From the NCBI GenBank assembly GCA_947449835.1, contig CANFSZ010000005.1, positions 5,812 through 69,811 on the forward strand: a stretch of 64,000 bases of DNA. The letters are read 5' to 3'. The stretch's first letter is position 1. The number at the start of each line of letters is the position of its first letter. Shown here piece after piece: positions 28,866-38,350 of the stretch. The notes beneath the pieces are model-generated. The model worked only from the letters and a program-made list of their open reading frames with translations, had not been told where the DNA came from and did no database searches. The position numbers and the translations under genes were made by a program. This DNA is from Opitutia bacterium (lineage in GTDB: Bacteria; Verrucomicrobiota; Verrucomicrobiia; Opitutales; Opitutaceae).

Positions 28866-30518
28866 TTACTTGCTCAGCATCTGATCGCGGCGCGCCTTGA
28901 ACTCGTTGCCGGGTTTCCACTCAGGCCACTGCGGGTCGTGGGCGATGCGGCGGCCGACTTCGAGCAGAAACGCGCCGTCTTGGGCGGCGCCCTCAAACGT
29001 CCAATCGGGGCGCACCTCGTCGCTGACTTTGTGGTAGTCGTTGGCCGTGTAGGCATCGGCGATTTTTTGGCCGTAATCAGCGGGTTGTCCGAGGTAGGCG
29101 CGACCGGATTTGGGGTAATAGGCGGGGACGCCCACTTTCGCGAATTCGAAGTGGTCGCTGCGGTAGTAGCCGCCTTTTTCGGAAGCGGGATCGGGCAGGA
29201 CGGTGCGGCCCTGAGTTTGGGCGACGATCACGCCGAGGTCGTCGATGGACGAGGCGCCGTTGCCGACGACGACGATATCGGAGGTGGGGCCGTGGGCGTT
29301 GGCGCCGTCGATGTTGAGATTGGCGAGGGTTTTGCTGAGCGGGTAGAGCGGGACGCGGCCGTAATATTGAGAACCGAGCAGGCCTTTTTCTTCTCCGGTC
29401 ACAGACAGGAAGAGAATGCTGCGGGCGGGTTTTTCGGCGGCGGGAAGGGCGTTGAAGGCTTGTGCGATTTCGAGGAGCAGTGCGGTGCCGGAGGCGTTGT
29501 CGTGGGCGCCGTTGTAGATTTGGTCGCCGGTGAGTTTCGGATCACGGCCGAGATGGTCCCAGTGCGCGGAGTAGACGATGTATTCGTGGCGGCGCTTCGG
29601 ATCGGAGCCAGGAAGGAGGGCGGCGACGTTTTTGGAGCCGACGTCGCGCGTGGTGTTTGCTACGGCGAATGAAGCCCGGGCTTTGAAGGTGACGGGCTTG
29701 AAGTCGCGCGTGGCGGCGGCGGCTTTGAGTGCGGTAAAATCTTGGCCGGCGGCGCTGAAAAGTTGCTTCGTGAAATCGAGCGTGAGCCACGCTTCTACGG
29801 CGACGCGGGAGGCGTTGGCGTCGGGCGTGCGCAGGTCGAAGTTTTCCCGGCCCCAGCTGCCGGCGACGACGGCGAAGGGATAACCAGCGGGGCCCGTCTC
29901 ATGAACGATGAGGCACGCGGCCGCGCCCTTGGCGGAGGCGATCTCGTATTTATAAGTCCAGCGGCCGTAGTAGGTCATGCCTTTGCCCGCGAAAACCTTT
30001 GGGTCGAGTTGGCCTGTCGCGGGGTCGGTCACGGGCGGATCGTTAATGAGCATGACGACGGTTTTGCCGCGCACATCGAGGCCCTTGTAGTCGTCCCAGC
30101 CATACTCCGGCGCGACGATGCCGTAGCCTACGAAAACGATTTCACTGGCATTGACGTCGACGCGCGGCGTGACGCGTTTGGAGAGCGCGACGTAGTCGAT
30201 GAGGTGTGTGGGTTTGAACGTCTGCCCGCCCGCGGTGAAGGTGGCGGTGGGCTGCGAGGTGATGCCGATCATCGGCACGTTTTGCACGTAGGTGCCGTTG
30301 GGATTGCCGGGGGCGAGACCGATTTTTTTGAATTCGTCGACGAGGTAAGCGACGGTTTTTTCCTCGCCGGGTGAGGCGGGCGCGCGGCCCTCGAATTCAT
30401 CGGAGGCGAGGACTTTCACGCGTTGGAGAATACTCGCGCCCGAGAGCGTCGGAGGCGTGGCCGCGGCGAGCGAAGCGGTGCCGGCGGCGACCGCGAAAAG
30501 CAGGGTAAAGAAACGCAT
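28866..30518 (-). CDS. M28 family aminopeptidase with PA domain
   Basis: Signal peptide present. Zn-ligand blocks SAHWDHLG and [14 protein letters not shown], plus [14 protein letters not shown]. Confidence 0.88.
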   Translation of the reverse strand: MRFFTLLFAVAAGTASLAAATPPTLSGASILQRVKVLASDEFEGRAPASPGEEKTVAYLVDEFKKIGLAPGNPNGTYVQNVPMIGITSQPTATFTAGGQTFKPTHLIDYVALSKRVTPRVDVNASEIVFVGYGIVAPEYGWDDYKGLDVRGKTVVMLINDPPVTDPATGQLDPKVFAGKGMTYYGRWTYKYEIASAKGAAACLIVHETGPAGYPFAVVAGSWGRENFDLRTPDANASRVAVEAWLTLDFTKQLFSAAGQDFTALKAAAATRDFKPVTFKARASFAVANTTRDVGSKNVAALLPGSDPKRRHEYIVYSAHWDHLGRDPKLTGDQIYNGAHDNASGTALLLEIAQAFNALPAAEKPARSILFLSVTGEEKGLLGSQYYGRVPLYPLSKTLANLNIDGANAHGPTSDIVVVGNGASSIDDLGVIVAQTQGRTVLPDPASEKGGYYRSDHFEFAKVGVPAYYPKSGRAYLGQPADYGQKIADAYTANDYHKVSDEVRPDWTFEGAAQDGAFLLEVGRRIAHDPQWPEWKPGNEFKARRDQMLSK

Positions 30519-30576
30519 CCGTTCAGGCTTTAGAACGTCGGGCTAAATGGCAATCCTGCGGGCTCGCTCGCGGGAA

Positions 30577-32181
30577 TTACGGCCCGACCGAAATCGCGGT
30601 GAAATCGGGCGCCCATAATCCGTCTTCGCGCCAACCTTTGACTCGGGGCGAAAGCAGAAAAGTTTTTATGTTGAAATAAAGTGGGGTCACGGCGGCGGCG
30701 GTCAAAAGTTGATTCTCGGCGGACACAAAATCCGCTCGTGCGAGAGCTGCGTCGAACGCGGGTGAACTCCAGCCGGGATAATTTTCGGGGGCACCGGTGG
30801 CGAAATCTGAAAGCAGGTTGGAGGCATCGGCTACGTCGGGGATCGCGTTGATCAACGCGATAGCGTAGTCGCCGGTGGCGAGGGCGGCGAGATGGACGCG
30901 GGCTTCGCGCTGGGTGAGCGCGATTTCCAGGCCGAGGTTTTCGCGCCACATGGCTTGAATCGCCTCGAGGACCGCCGGACTGGTCCAGAAGGAGAGTTCG
31001 AGGCGCGGAAAATTAGTAGCGTTGAGGCCGGCAGCGGAGAGGAGCGCGTGGGCCGCGGCGGGATCGTGACGGTGCGCCGTCGTTAACTCGCTGGACACAT
31101 CGGCGGGGCGAAGCGCCGGTGGAATCATGCGACCGGTGGCGGGTTGGCCACCTTGGAGAATTTTTTTCGTGAGTTTTTCGCGGTCGATCGCGAGGGCGAG
31201 AGCTAGGCGGACGCGCGGGTCGTCGAGCGGGGCGCGGCGTGTATTGAAGGATAGATAGCGCGTTTCGATCAGCGGGTGCCGTTGCAGCTCGCCGGGACGT
31301 TCGGCTTGGTAGGCGGCGATTTTCGACGAGGGGACAGACATCGTGGCATCGATTTGGCCGGCGCGGTAAGCGCGTTCTTCGGCGTCACCGCTGTCGAAGC
31401 GGATGAACTGGATTTCGTCGAGGCGCACGCGGGCGGCGTCATGCCAATTTGGGTTTTTACGGACGACGATGCGTTGGTCGGCGCGCCATTCGCTGAGGAG
31501 AAATGGGCCGTTGCCGATGAAGTTTTCGGGGCGCGTCCAGCTGCGACCGTGTTTAGCGATCACATCGCTGCGCACGGGCAACCATGGGCCGCTGGCGACG
31601 ATGTAGGGAAAACGGGGATGCGCTTGCTCGAGGGTGATGACGAGCGTGCGGGCGTCGGGGGCACGGAAGCCGACGGCGTTGAAATCGGTGAGCGCGCCGG
31701 CGGCAAAAGCACGGGCGTTTTTTACGAGGAAAAACGTATTGGCCTTGGGCGCGGCGGTGGGGGGCGTAAGGAGTCGTTGATAAGCGGCGATGAAGTGCGC
31801 GGCGGTTACGGGCGCGCCGTCGGACCAGCGGGCGTCGGCACGCAGATGAAACGTGTAAGTGAGCCCGTCGGCCGAGACTTCAAAACGCTCGGCGGCACCC
31901 GGGCGCGGCTCGGTGGTGTTTTCGCCGGGAACGAGCAGGCCTTCGAGCAACGTGCGTAGCGTGCCGAACTCGTCGGGCAACGTCGTGGTCGCAGGATCGA
32001 GCGAGGCGGGTTCATTGCGTTGGCTGACGCGTAAAATCTGGATCGGCGCCGCCGGAGTGGGCGGCGCCTTGGATTCGGTTTTACGCGTGCACTCGGTCCA
32101 GCAGAAGCCCGCGAGCAAAAAGAGGACGACGCGGCCTAACCTGCGTTGAACGGAAGCGGCTCGGTTGGAGGGCGGGGCCAT
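30577..32181 (-). CDS. Family-5 (peptide/nickel) ABC substrate-binding protein
   Basis: RWSDGAPVTAAHF and NPNWHDA blocks. Third SBP paralogue in this locus. Confidence 0.85.
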   Translation of the reverse strand: MAPPSNRAASVQRRLGRVVLFLLAGFCWTECTRKTESKAPPTPAAPIQILRVSQRNEPASLDPATTTLPDEFGTLRTLLEGLLVPGENTTEPRPGAAERFEVSADGLTYTFHLRADARWSDGAPVTAAHFIAAYQRLLTPPTAAPKANTFFLVKNARAFAAGALTDFNAVGFRAPDARTLVITLEQAHPRFPYIVASGPWLPVRSDVIAKHGRSWTRPENFIGNGPFLLSEWRADQRIVVRKNPNWHDAARVRLDEIQFIRFDSGDAEERAYRAGQIDATMSVPSSKIAAYQAERPGELQRHPLIETRYLSFNTRRAPLDDPRVRLALALAIDREKLTKKILQGGQPATGRMIPPALRPADVSSELTTAHRHDPAAAHALLSAAGLNATNFPRLELSFWTSPAVLEAIQAMWRENLGLEIALTQREARVHLAALATGDYAIALINAIPDVADASNLLSDFATGAPENYPGWSSPAFDAALARADFVSAENQLLTAAAVTPLYFNIKTFLLSPRVKGWREDGLWAPDFTAISVGP

Positions 32182-32233
32182 GGGAGCGGGGCGGAGCTGG
32201 GACCGACGCGTTCGGGCTGGCAGGACGCGCCGT

Positions 32234-32671
32234 TTATTCCTTGGGGATTTGGTTGTCGGTTTTTAGCACGAGCACCGGCACTTTGGATTTCACCCACACC
32301 TCGGCTTCTTTAAAAAATTTGGCCGGCACGTTTTCGAGGGCTTCGCCGACCGTTTTCGCGGGGTAGAGGCGACCTTTTTTGGAGGCGTTGTAATCGTAGG
32401 CGCCGCGGAAGATGCGGTCTTGGGTGGTGGCCACGCTTTCGTCCTCGGGAATCTGCAGAACCCAGGCGACGAAATCGTGCTTGGGGAGGCGGTTGTCGGG
32501 ATCGCTGGCGAGGACGACGAATTGTTTTTTAACCGCGGGTGGTTTGTCGCCGTCGGGGCCCTCGGGCTGGGCGGCGAGGTTCATCTCCTCGATGACTTGG
32601 CGGAGGAGCTTGGGGTCGAGTTGGTTCTTCTTGAGAATCTCGGCTACGAGGTTGACGTCGATTTTCGGCAT
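32234..32671 (-). CDS. Hypothetical protein (145 aa)
   Basis: Only the last 145 codons of the 456-codon ORF look protein-like (MPKIDVNLVAEILKKNQLDPKLLRQVIEEM...). The N-terminal extension is Arg/Pro-rich and overlaps the opposite-strand Nudix gene. Confidence 0.55.
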   Translation of the reverse strand: MPKIDVNLVAEILKKNQLDPKLLRQVIEEMNLAAQPEGPDGDKPPAVKKQFVVLASDPDNRLPKHDFVAWVLQIPEDESVATTQDRIFRGAYDYNASKKGRLYPAKTVGEALENVPAKFFKEAEVWVKSKVPVLVLKTDNQIPKE

Positions 32672-32776
32672 AGTGAAAGGCTTGAGAGGAAGAACAGCAT
32701 ACGATCGCGCCGCAATGTAAAGGTCGGCGGCGTTGCGAGGTTGCCTTGCGGGCAAAAGACCGCCGTGAATCGGGTC

Positions 32777-33304
32777 ATGCCGAGTGAGGAATTTTTCGAT
32801 GTGGTGGACAGTAACGACGTCGTGATCGGGCGGGCGCTGCGGCGCGACGTGCACGCGCGGGGGCTGTGGCACCGCGCAGTGCATGTGTTGGTGTTCAACG
32901 CGACAGGGCAGACGTTTTTGCAGAAACGCTCGATGAGCAAAGACATGTCGCCGGGGTGCTGGGATGCGGCGTGCTCGGGGCATCTCGACAGCGGTGAAAC
33001 CTACGACGCGGCGGCGGCACGCGAGTTGGGTGAAGAAATCGGCGTCGTGGTACGAGCGGATGAATTTACGCGCTGGCAACGCGTCGAAGCCTGCGCGCGC
33101 ACGGGCTGGGAATTTTTGTGGGTTTACCGTTTGCGGCACGAAGGGCCGTTTGTGCTGCACCCGGAGGAAATTGAGCGCGGCCAGTGGATCGAACCGGCGG
33201 CGTTGACGGCGTGGATGAAGAAAAAACCGGCGGAATTCACGCCGGCGTTTCGCCTGATTTGGGAGCGCGTCGCCTCTGAGGTGACGGTGACCGCGGCGCG
33301 GTGA
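32777..33304 (+). CDS. NUDIX hydrolase
   Basis: Nudix box GHLDSGETYDAAAARELGEEIGV. Start set at the internal ATG 32777. Confidence 0.85.
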   Translation: MPSEEFFDVVDSNDVVIGRALRRDVHARGLWHRAVHVLVFNATGQTFLQKRSMSKDMSPGCWDAACSGHLDSGETYDAAAARELGEEIGVVVRADEFTRWQRVEACARTGWEFLWVYRLRHEGPFVLHPEEIERGQWIEPAALTAWMKKKPAEFTPAFRLIWERVASEVTVTAAR

Positions 33305-33317
33305 GGCGCGCGCGGCG

Positions 33318-33617
33318 TTAGTTGTACGACGGCCCGAGGCCGGTGACGCGTTTGCCGGAGATTTTGCCAGAGCCGTCGCTTTGGCTGAGAGTTTTAATTT
33401 CCTCGAATTGCTTTTGCGTGATGAGGCGGCGGGGCACGCGGCGCTCGGCTTCGGCGACGAGGCGTTCGCGATCTTCCTCGGAAGGCTCGTGCGGAATCCA
33501 GGACGTGTTGTGACCTTGGTGGCGCGTCCACTCGATGTTGCCGCCGTGGACGTCCACGTGGATCTGATATTTGCCCTCGACGGGATCGCGGTGCCACCAA
33601 CCAAACGTGATACTCAT
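33318..33617 (-). CDS. Hypothetical small protein (99 aa)
   Basis: His/Trp-rich N-terminal half (WWHRDPVEGKYQIHVDVHGGNIEWTRHQGHNTSWIPH). ATGA overlap with the upstream metallophosphoesterase gene. No family recognised. Confidence 0.5.
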   Translation of the reverse strand: MSITFGWWHRDPVEGKYQIHVDVHGGNIEWTRHQGHNTSWIPHEPSEEDRERLVAEAERRVPRRLITQKQFEEIKTLSQSDGSGKISGKRVTGLGPSYN

Positions 33618-34462
33618 GCGGGTATTTTTGCGGAAGCGGGCGTTTCCGCGAGAGCAAATTCTGCGATCACGGGTCCAGGCTGAAAATGTCCGGCGCGCGC
33701 CACGATGCGGCGGACGGTAAGTTGAGTGGCGTTAAGATCCACGGCGAGGGCGCCAAACGGGCGACTCAAGGAACCGGTATTGATGACCGTGAGGCCGGAG
33801 GGCGTTGTCCACACGCCGGGGCGGTGGGTGTGGCCGATTAGCATGAAGCGAGCGGCGGGTCGGTGCGTGGCGGCGATCGCAGCGGCGAGGGCGGGCGTCT
33901 CGCGCCAAGCGCGGAGGATGCGCAGGGAACGTTGCGGCGGCCAAAGGTTATCGGCGGCGACTTGGAGCGCGTATTTTAACGGGTTGGGCTCGGCTTGGTG
34001 GCCTTGAGGTAAACCGAGGCAAGCCGCGCGAGTGATCGCCAGACGCGAGTCGAGCTGGTGACGGCTTTTTTTGTCGAGCGCGGCGAGATCGCGCTGGATG
34101 CGAGCGGTAAAATAATCGGTGTCGCGGCCCCAAGGGACAACCTCCTCAAAGATGATATCGCCATGGGTGACGAAGACGTGACCGTCGGCGAGATCGAGCG
34201 AGTGTTGGGCCGAGATATCGGGATCGTGGTTGCCGGTGAGGTGGATGACCGCGGAGACGCAGTTGGCAAAGTAGGCCGTAGTTTCTGCGCGGATGCGGGC
34301 CGTCTGCTGCGGGTGCGAACTGGGGCGGGTGTCGAACGTGTCGCCGTTGAGGATGAGTTGGTCGACGCCCTCGAGAAGGGGATCCAACTGCGCGAGTGAG
34401 CGGAGCCGGCTGGCGCGGTCGCCGTAGTGAAGGTCGGAAAAAATGCGGATAAGGCCGGACAC
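33614..34462 (-). CDS. Metallophosphoesterase family protein
   Basis: Calcineurin-like motifs: SDLHYG, LNGDTFD, GNHD, VTHGD, GHTH. Confidence 0.85.
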   Translation of the reverse strand: MSGLIRIFSDLHYGDRASRLRSLAQLDPLLEGVDQLILNGDTFDTRPSSHPQQTARIRAETTAYFANCVSAVIHLTGNHDPDISAQHSLDLADGHVFVTHGDIIFEEVVPWGRDTDYFTARIQRDLAALDKKSRHQLDSRLAITRAACLGLPQGHQAEPNPLKYALQVAADNLWPPQRSLRILRAWRETPALAAAIAATHRPAARFMLIGHTHRPGVWTTPSGLTVINTGSLSRPFGALAVDLNATQLTVRRIVARAGHFQPGPVIAEFALAETPASAKIPA

Positions 34463-34780
34463 GTAGTTGTGCCGATAGGAAAGCGGGTAGCTCTGGGTTT
34501 CGGCAATGTTTTACCCTTAGGCGCAACCCGCTTTGCGGGGAATAGGTGCTGTTACTAGCTCGTACAGCCGGGAAACGCGGGCGGCGAGAGTAACGCTGAG
34601 CGCTTCATGCTGCTGGCATAGAATTTTTTCAGCCTCCGTGGCCTCTAGCCGCTGGGTTTCTTGTCCGTTTTCCGTGCTGGTGTTGATCTTCTCAGGTTCT
34701 TGTTTGCTGGTATGGGTATTGGCTGCGTAAACAAAGTTTCGCGGCTTGCCAGGTTTTGGCGTGGAATCGAGGATGGGCGC

Positions 34781-35287
34781 ATGGCTCTATTCGGTTCTCT
34801 CGCCACGGTGCGCGCCCAGCTCGCCACTTCGGAAAATTTCAAGACGGCCTTCGCCTACGTCGAAGCGTGTCTGCGCCCCGGTTCGCCGGAACGCGCTTTG
34901 CTCGACGGCCTCGCCCCGGAGCAGATGCAGCGCGTGGAGTTGGTGGGCGGCGTGTTTGCGTTGCCGCAAGCGTGCATGTCTCAGCCCGCGGGCGTGCCTT
35001 CCGTCCCGAAATGGGAATCGCACAAGGCCTACATCGACGTCCAAGCCGTGATCGTCGGCGATGAAGTAATGGAGGTTTCCGATGTCACGAAACTTACCGT
35101 GAGCGAAGATCTGCGTCCGGCGAAGGACGTTTTGTTTTATCAACCTACGTCGACGTTTTCCTCGCTGCGTATCGCGGCGGGAGAAGTCGCGGTGTTTTAT
35201 CCGATCGATGGCCATCGTCCGCTCGTGGCGGCTGGCGCGCCGATGTTGGTGCGTAAGGTCGTCGTGAAAGTGCCGGTCGCGGCGTGA
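34781..35287 (+). CDS. YhcH/YjgK/YiaL (DUF386) family protein
   Basis: ESHKAYIDVQAVIVGDEVMEV and FYPIDGHRP blocks. Start set at the internal ATG 34781. Confidence 0.75.
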   Translation: MALFGSLATVRAQLATSENFKTAFAYVEACLRPGSPERALLDGLAPEQMQRVELVGGVFALPQACMSQPAGVPSVPKWESHKAYIDVQAVIVGDEVMEVSDVTKLTVSEDLRPAKDVLFYQPTSTFSSLRIAAGEVAVFYPIDGHRPLVAAGAPMLVRKVVVKVPVAA

Positions 35288-36153
35288 ACTACCGTCACCA
35301 TTATCACGCGGGGAATTTCGCCGACGTGATGAAGCATGCGCTGCTCGTGCAGCTCGTGCGCGCGCTTCAAAAAAAGGACAAAGGTTTCCTGTGTCTCGAT
35401 ACGCATGCCGGCCGCGGGAGCTATGATCTCGCGTCGGCGGCGACCGGCGACACCCACGCGCGCACGCCCGAATGGCCTGAAGGCGCGGGCCGGTTGTGGA
35501 CGCGCCCAGCGGCCGAGTTGCCGCCGGGGGTCGCGGAGTACGTGGAGCTCGCACGTGCCTACGACCGCCGCGAAGGTAACGCGACGCCTGAACCACGGTT
35601 TTATCCCGGATCGCCGCTGCTGGTGAGTTTCATCGCACGGCCGCAGGAGCGGTTGGTGTTGTGCGAACGCCAACCCGAGGAAGCCGCGGCGCTCAAGGAG
35701 CGGTTGCAATTTACGCAAGGTGCTCAGGTGCGCGAGACGGACGGCTACGGTGCGGTGCGCGCGCTCTTGCCGCCGCTCGAGAAACGCGCACTCGTGTTGA
35801 TTGATCCGCCGTTTGAGGCGCAAGACGAATGGGCGCAAATCGTGGCTGCGGTGAAGGAAGGTTTGCGCCGTTTGCCGGGCGGCACGTTCGCGATTTGGTA
35901 TCCACTGACGGAGCGCGCGAAAGTGGATTTGTTTTTCGCGGAGCTGCGGCGGTTGGAATTGCCGCCAACACTTGCGGCCGAGCTCGTGGTCAATCCACCG
36001 AGAGCAAAAATGGTCGGCTGCGGCCTCGTCGTGGTGAATCCGCCGTGGAAATTTGACGCGGAAGCCGCGACGACGGTGGAGTTTCTCGCGCCGTTACTCG
36101 CGCAAGGGCCGGGCGCGCGTGGCGATGTGCTTTGGCTCGTGCCGGAGCGTTGA
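35284..36153 (+). CDS. rlmJ: 23S rRNA (adenine2030-N6)-methyltransferase RlmJ
   Basis: N-terminal YRHHYHAGNFADVMKHALL, DTHAG and LIDPPFE motifs. GTGA overlap with the upstream gene. Confidence 0.88.
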   Translation: MNYRHHYHAGNFADVMKHALLVQLVRALQKKDKGFLCLDTHAGRGSYDLASAATGDTHARTPEWPEGAGRLWTRPAAELPPGVAEYVELARAYDRREGNATPEPRFYPGSPLLVSFIARPQERLVLCERQPEEAAALKERLQFTQGAQVRETDGYGAVRALLPPLEKRALVLIDPPFEAQDEWAQIVAAVKEGLRRLPGGTFAIWYPLTERAKVDLFFAELRRLELPPTLAAELVVNPPRAKMVGCGLVVVNPPWKFDAEAATTVEFLAPLLAQGPGARGDVLWLVPER

Positions 36154-36168
36154 GCGGGCGCTCGGGTT

Positions 36169-37830
36169 TTACGTCGTCGCGGCGATTTTCGCGGCGGCGC
36201 GGAAGGCGAGGGCCATGATCGTCAGTGCGGGATTGAAGCCGCCATTGGTCACGTGGAGCGAGCCATCGGTGATCCAGAGATTGTCGTGGCCGTGGACGCG
36301 ACCGAAGGGATCGGTGACGCCGTCGCGCGGATCGGCGGCGAGGCGCGCGGTGCCGGCTTGGTGTTGCGAGGCGGACAGGCGCAAATCCATCGGTGAACTC
36401 CAGACGCGTTCGGCGCCGGCGGCGCGCAGCCAATCTTCGGCGCGGGCGCGGATGAATTCCGCGGTGCGTAGCGTCTCGGGATGCGTGGTGCCGCTTAAGC
36501 GCGTGACTGGCAGGCCGAAGTGATCGCGTACGTGTGGGTCGAGCGTGACGCGAGAATCGGGCGAAGGGATTTCTTGCACGGGTCCACGCAGATCAATGCC
36601 GCGTAGATACAGTTCGCGCATGGCTTTTTTGTTGGCCGAGCCCCAGCGGGGAAGTTCAGGCGGCAGATGCGAGCGCCAGAAGATGATCGGAAGTTTGACG
36701 AAATCGTTGGCGAGCATGGCGCCGCCGATGATGCCTGGGTTGCCGTGGTTAAACTGTGTGGTGGCGATGCTGACGCCAGGGCCGAGGTTGGGATTTTGGA
36801 AACCGACGGGCAGCAGGCCGGAGACGACCGGATAGTAATGGCCTTGGAGGTGACGACCGACGTGGTCGCTGTGGTTGCCGAGCCCGCGCGGGTGCTGTGG
36901 TGATGCGGAGAGGAGGAGCAAACGCGCGGTCTCGATGGCTCCTCCGGCGAGGATTATCGTAGTGGCGTGGGCGATACGGCGTTCGGTCTGGGCCGAGTCG
37001 GGCGTGGTCGGCGCGAAATATTCGACCCCGTGGGCGCGGCCCGAAGCATCGGTGAGGACACGGGCGACGTGAGCGCGAGTGATGAGCGTGCAACGTCCGC
37101 TGGCGAGTGCGCGGGGCAGGAGCGTATTATGGGAACCGTTGCGCGCATCGGTCGGGCAGGCGAAGCCGATGCATTGGCGGCATTGGACGCAGGCGGCGCG
37201 GCCGAGGTAAGGCGTGGTGTTAACGGCGAGCGGAGGTGTGAAGGCGTTCCAGCCCAGCTTGGCAGCGCCGCGAGCGAGCCAAGCGCCGGTCGGCGTGGCC
37301 GGCACGGGCGGCAACGGAAACGCACGGTCGCGCGGTGCGTAGTCGGTGGTGGTGTGATCGCCGGCGACGCCGACCTCGTGTTCGGCGCGTTCGTAGAAAG
37401 GCGCGAGATCGGAGTAGGCGATGGGCCAGTCGGCGAGCGAACTACCGGCGGGTGTGCCGTAGCGCGAGCTCATGCGAAAATCGTCGGGATGAAAACGCCA
37501 CGCTTGCATGCCCCAGATGCGGGCACCGCCGCCGACGGTGAGGGCGTTGTTGTGGTAATCGGCTTCGTGCGGGAAGACGGTGCGACTGTGGCCTTGGGGA
37601 TCGACGAACACGCGCGGGTGGCCGGCGGGTTCGTGGGTGGTGTTGTCGCCGTAGAGCGAAAGACGATGGTGGCGGAGGTGATCGCCGGGGATGTCGCGGT
37701 AGCGCAGATCGCGGCCGCGCTCCAGCAGGAGCACGCGTTGGCCAGCTTCGGCGAGGACGCCGGCGGCGATGCCACCGCCTAGGCCGGCGCCGACGATGAT
37801 GACGTCGTAAGTGGAATCGGCCGCGCTCAT
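36169..37830 (-). CDS. GMC family FAD-dependent oxidoreductase (gluconate 2-dehydrogenase large-subunit-like)
   Basis: FAD motif DVIIVGAGLGGGIAAGVLAEAG and a C-terminal GMC block (HQAGTARL...NLWITDGS). Confidence 0.88.
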   Translation of the reverse strand: MSAADSTYDVIIVGAGLGGGIAAGVLAEAGQRVLLLERGRDLRYRDIPGDHLRHHRLSLYGDNTTHEPAGHPRVFVDPQGHSRTVFPHEADYHNNALTVGGGARIWGMQAWRFHPDDFRMSSRYGTPAGSSLADWPIAYSDLAPFYERAEHEVGVAGDHTTTDYAPRDRAFPLPPVPATPTGAWLARGAAKLGWNAFTPPLAVNTTPYLGRAACVQCRQCIGFACPTDARNGSHNTLLPRALASGRCTLITRAHVARVLTDASGRAHGVEYFAPTTPDSAQTERRIAHATTIILAGGAIETARLLLLSASPQHPRGLGNHSDHVGRHLQGHYYPVVSGLLPVGFQNPNLGPGVSIATTQFNHGNPGIIGGAMLANDFVKLPIIFWRSHLPPELPRWGSANKKAMRELYLRGIDLRGPVQEIPSPDSRVTLDPHVRDHFGLPVTRLSGTTHPETLRTAEFIRARAEDWLRAAGAERVWSSPMDLRLSASQHQAGTARLAADPRDGVTDPFGRVHGHDNLWITDGSLHVTNGGFNPALTIMALAFRAAAKIAATT

Positions 37831-38267
37831 GGGGCGGAGGGACGCGCGGGCAAGAGCGGGTCGTAGCCGATCATGCGCCAGGAGGCGCCGTCGCAGTTGC
37901 CGCCGTTGGCGGGATCGGCGTAAAAGCCCTCGGCGGCGAGATCGATAAGACGATTAATAAAAGCGGCGGCGGGAAACGTCGCGGGCCAAGGCGTGGCAGT
38001 GCGGTTTTGCTCGAGGTCGGAGATGAGTGCGTCTTGAGCGGCGGTGGGGAGCGCAGCGAAGGGTTGGTCGTGGCGCTCGCTCGCTTCGGCGTCGAGGTGC
38101 GTGAGGCTTTGCGCGATCGCCGGAGCCTCTGCGGCGCAGGCGTGGATGAGGAGTTGAAGGATGAATTGATCGGTCCCAGCGGCAAGGGCGCCGGGAAATT
38201 CATCGGCGGGAATAAGTCGATCGAGGAGCGCGCGCAGGGCTTCGAGCTGGGGCGGGGTCAGCGGCAT
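37827..38267 (-). CDS. Gluconate 2-dehydrogenase subunit 3 family protein (small subunit)
   Basis: LLDRLIPADEFPGALAAGTDQFI block. 4-nt overlap with the GMC gene. ATG 38267 preferred over the TTG at 38306. Confidence 0.7.
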   Translation of the reverse strand: MPLTPPQLEALRALLDRLIPADEFPGALAAGTDQFILQLLIHACAAEAPAIAQSLTHLDAEASERHDQPFAALPTAAQDALISDLEQNRTATPWPATFPAAAFINRLIDLAAEGFYADPANGGNCDGASWRMIGYDPLLPARPSAP

Positions 38268-38323
38268 GGGGTCACGTTTTGAAAACCGACGAGGCCCACG
38301 CGCCAAGCGTGTAATGTGGGCGT

Positions 38324-38350
38324 AAAAAAAGCGGAGACAGAGATCTCCGC
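38324..38350 (-). terminator. Terminator-like hairpin plus T7 on the minus strand, upstream of the dehydrogenase operon
   Basis: gcggaga-cagaga-tctccgc. On the minus strand it is followed by ttttttt (plus-strand A7 at 38324-38330). No annotated minus-strand gene lies upstream. Confidence 0.45.

Noticed and set aside
32672-33604. N-terminal 311 codons of the 456-aa ORF 32234-33604
   Set aside because: The extension is an Arg/Pro/Ala-rich translation. It overlaps the clear Nudix gene (32777-33304) on the other strand and the 99-aa ORF frame. Only the last 145 codons were kept.
34533-34730. 65-aa plus-strand ORF with a hydrophobic tail in the intergenic region between the metallophosphoesterase and yhcH genes
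   Set aside because: It has a non-ATG start, a Ser/Arg/Cys-rich odd composition and no supporting signals. Evidence is insufficient.
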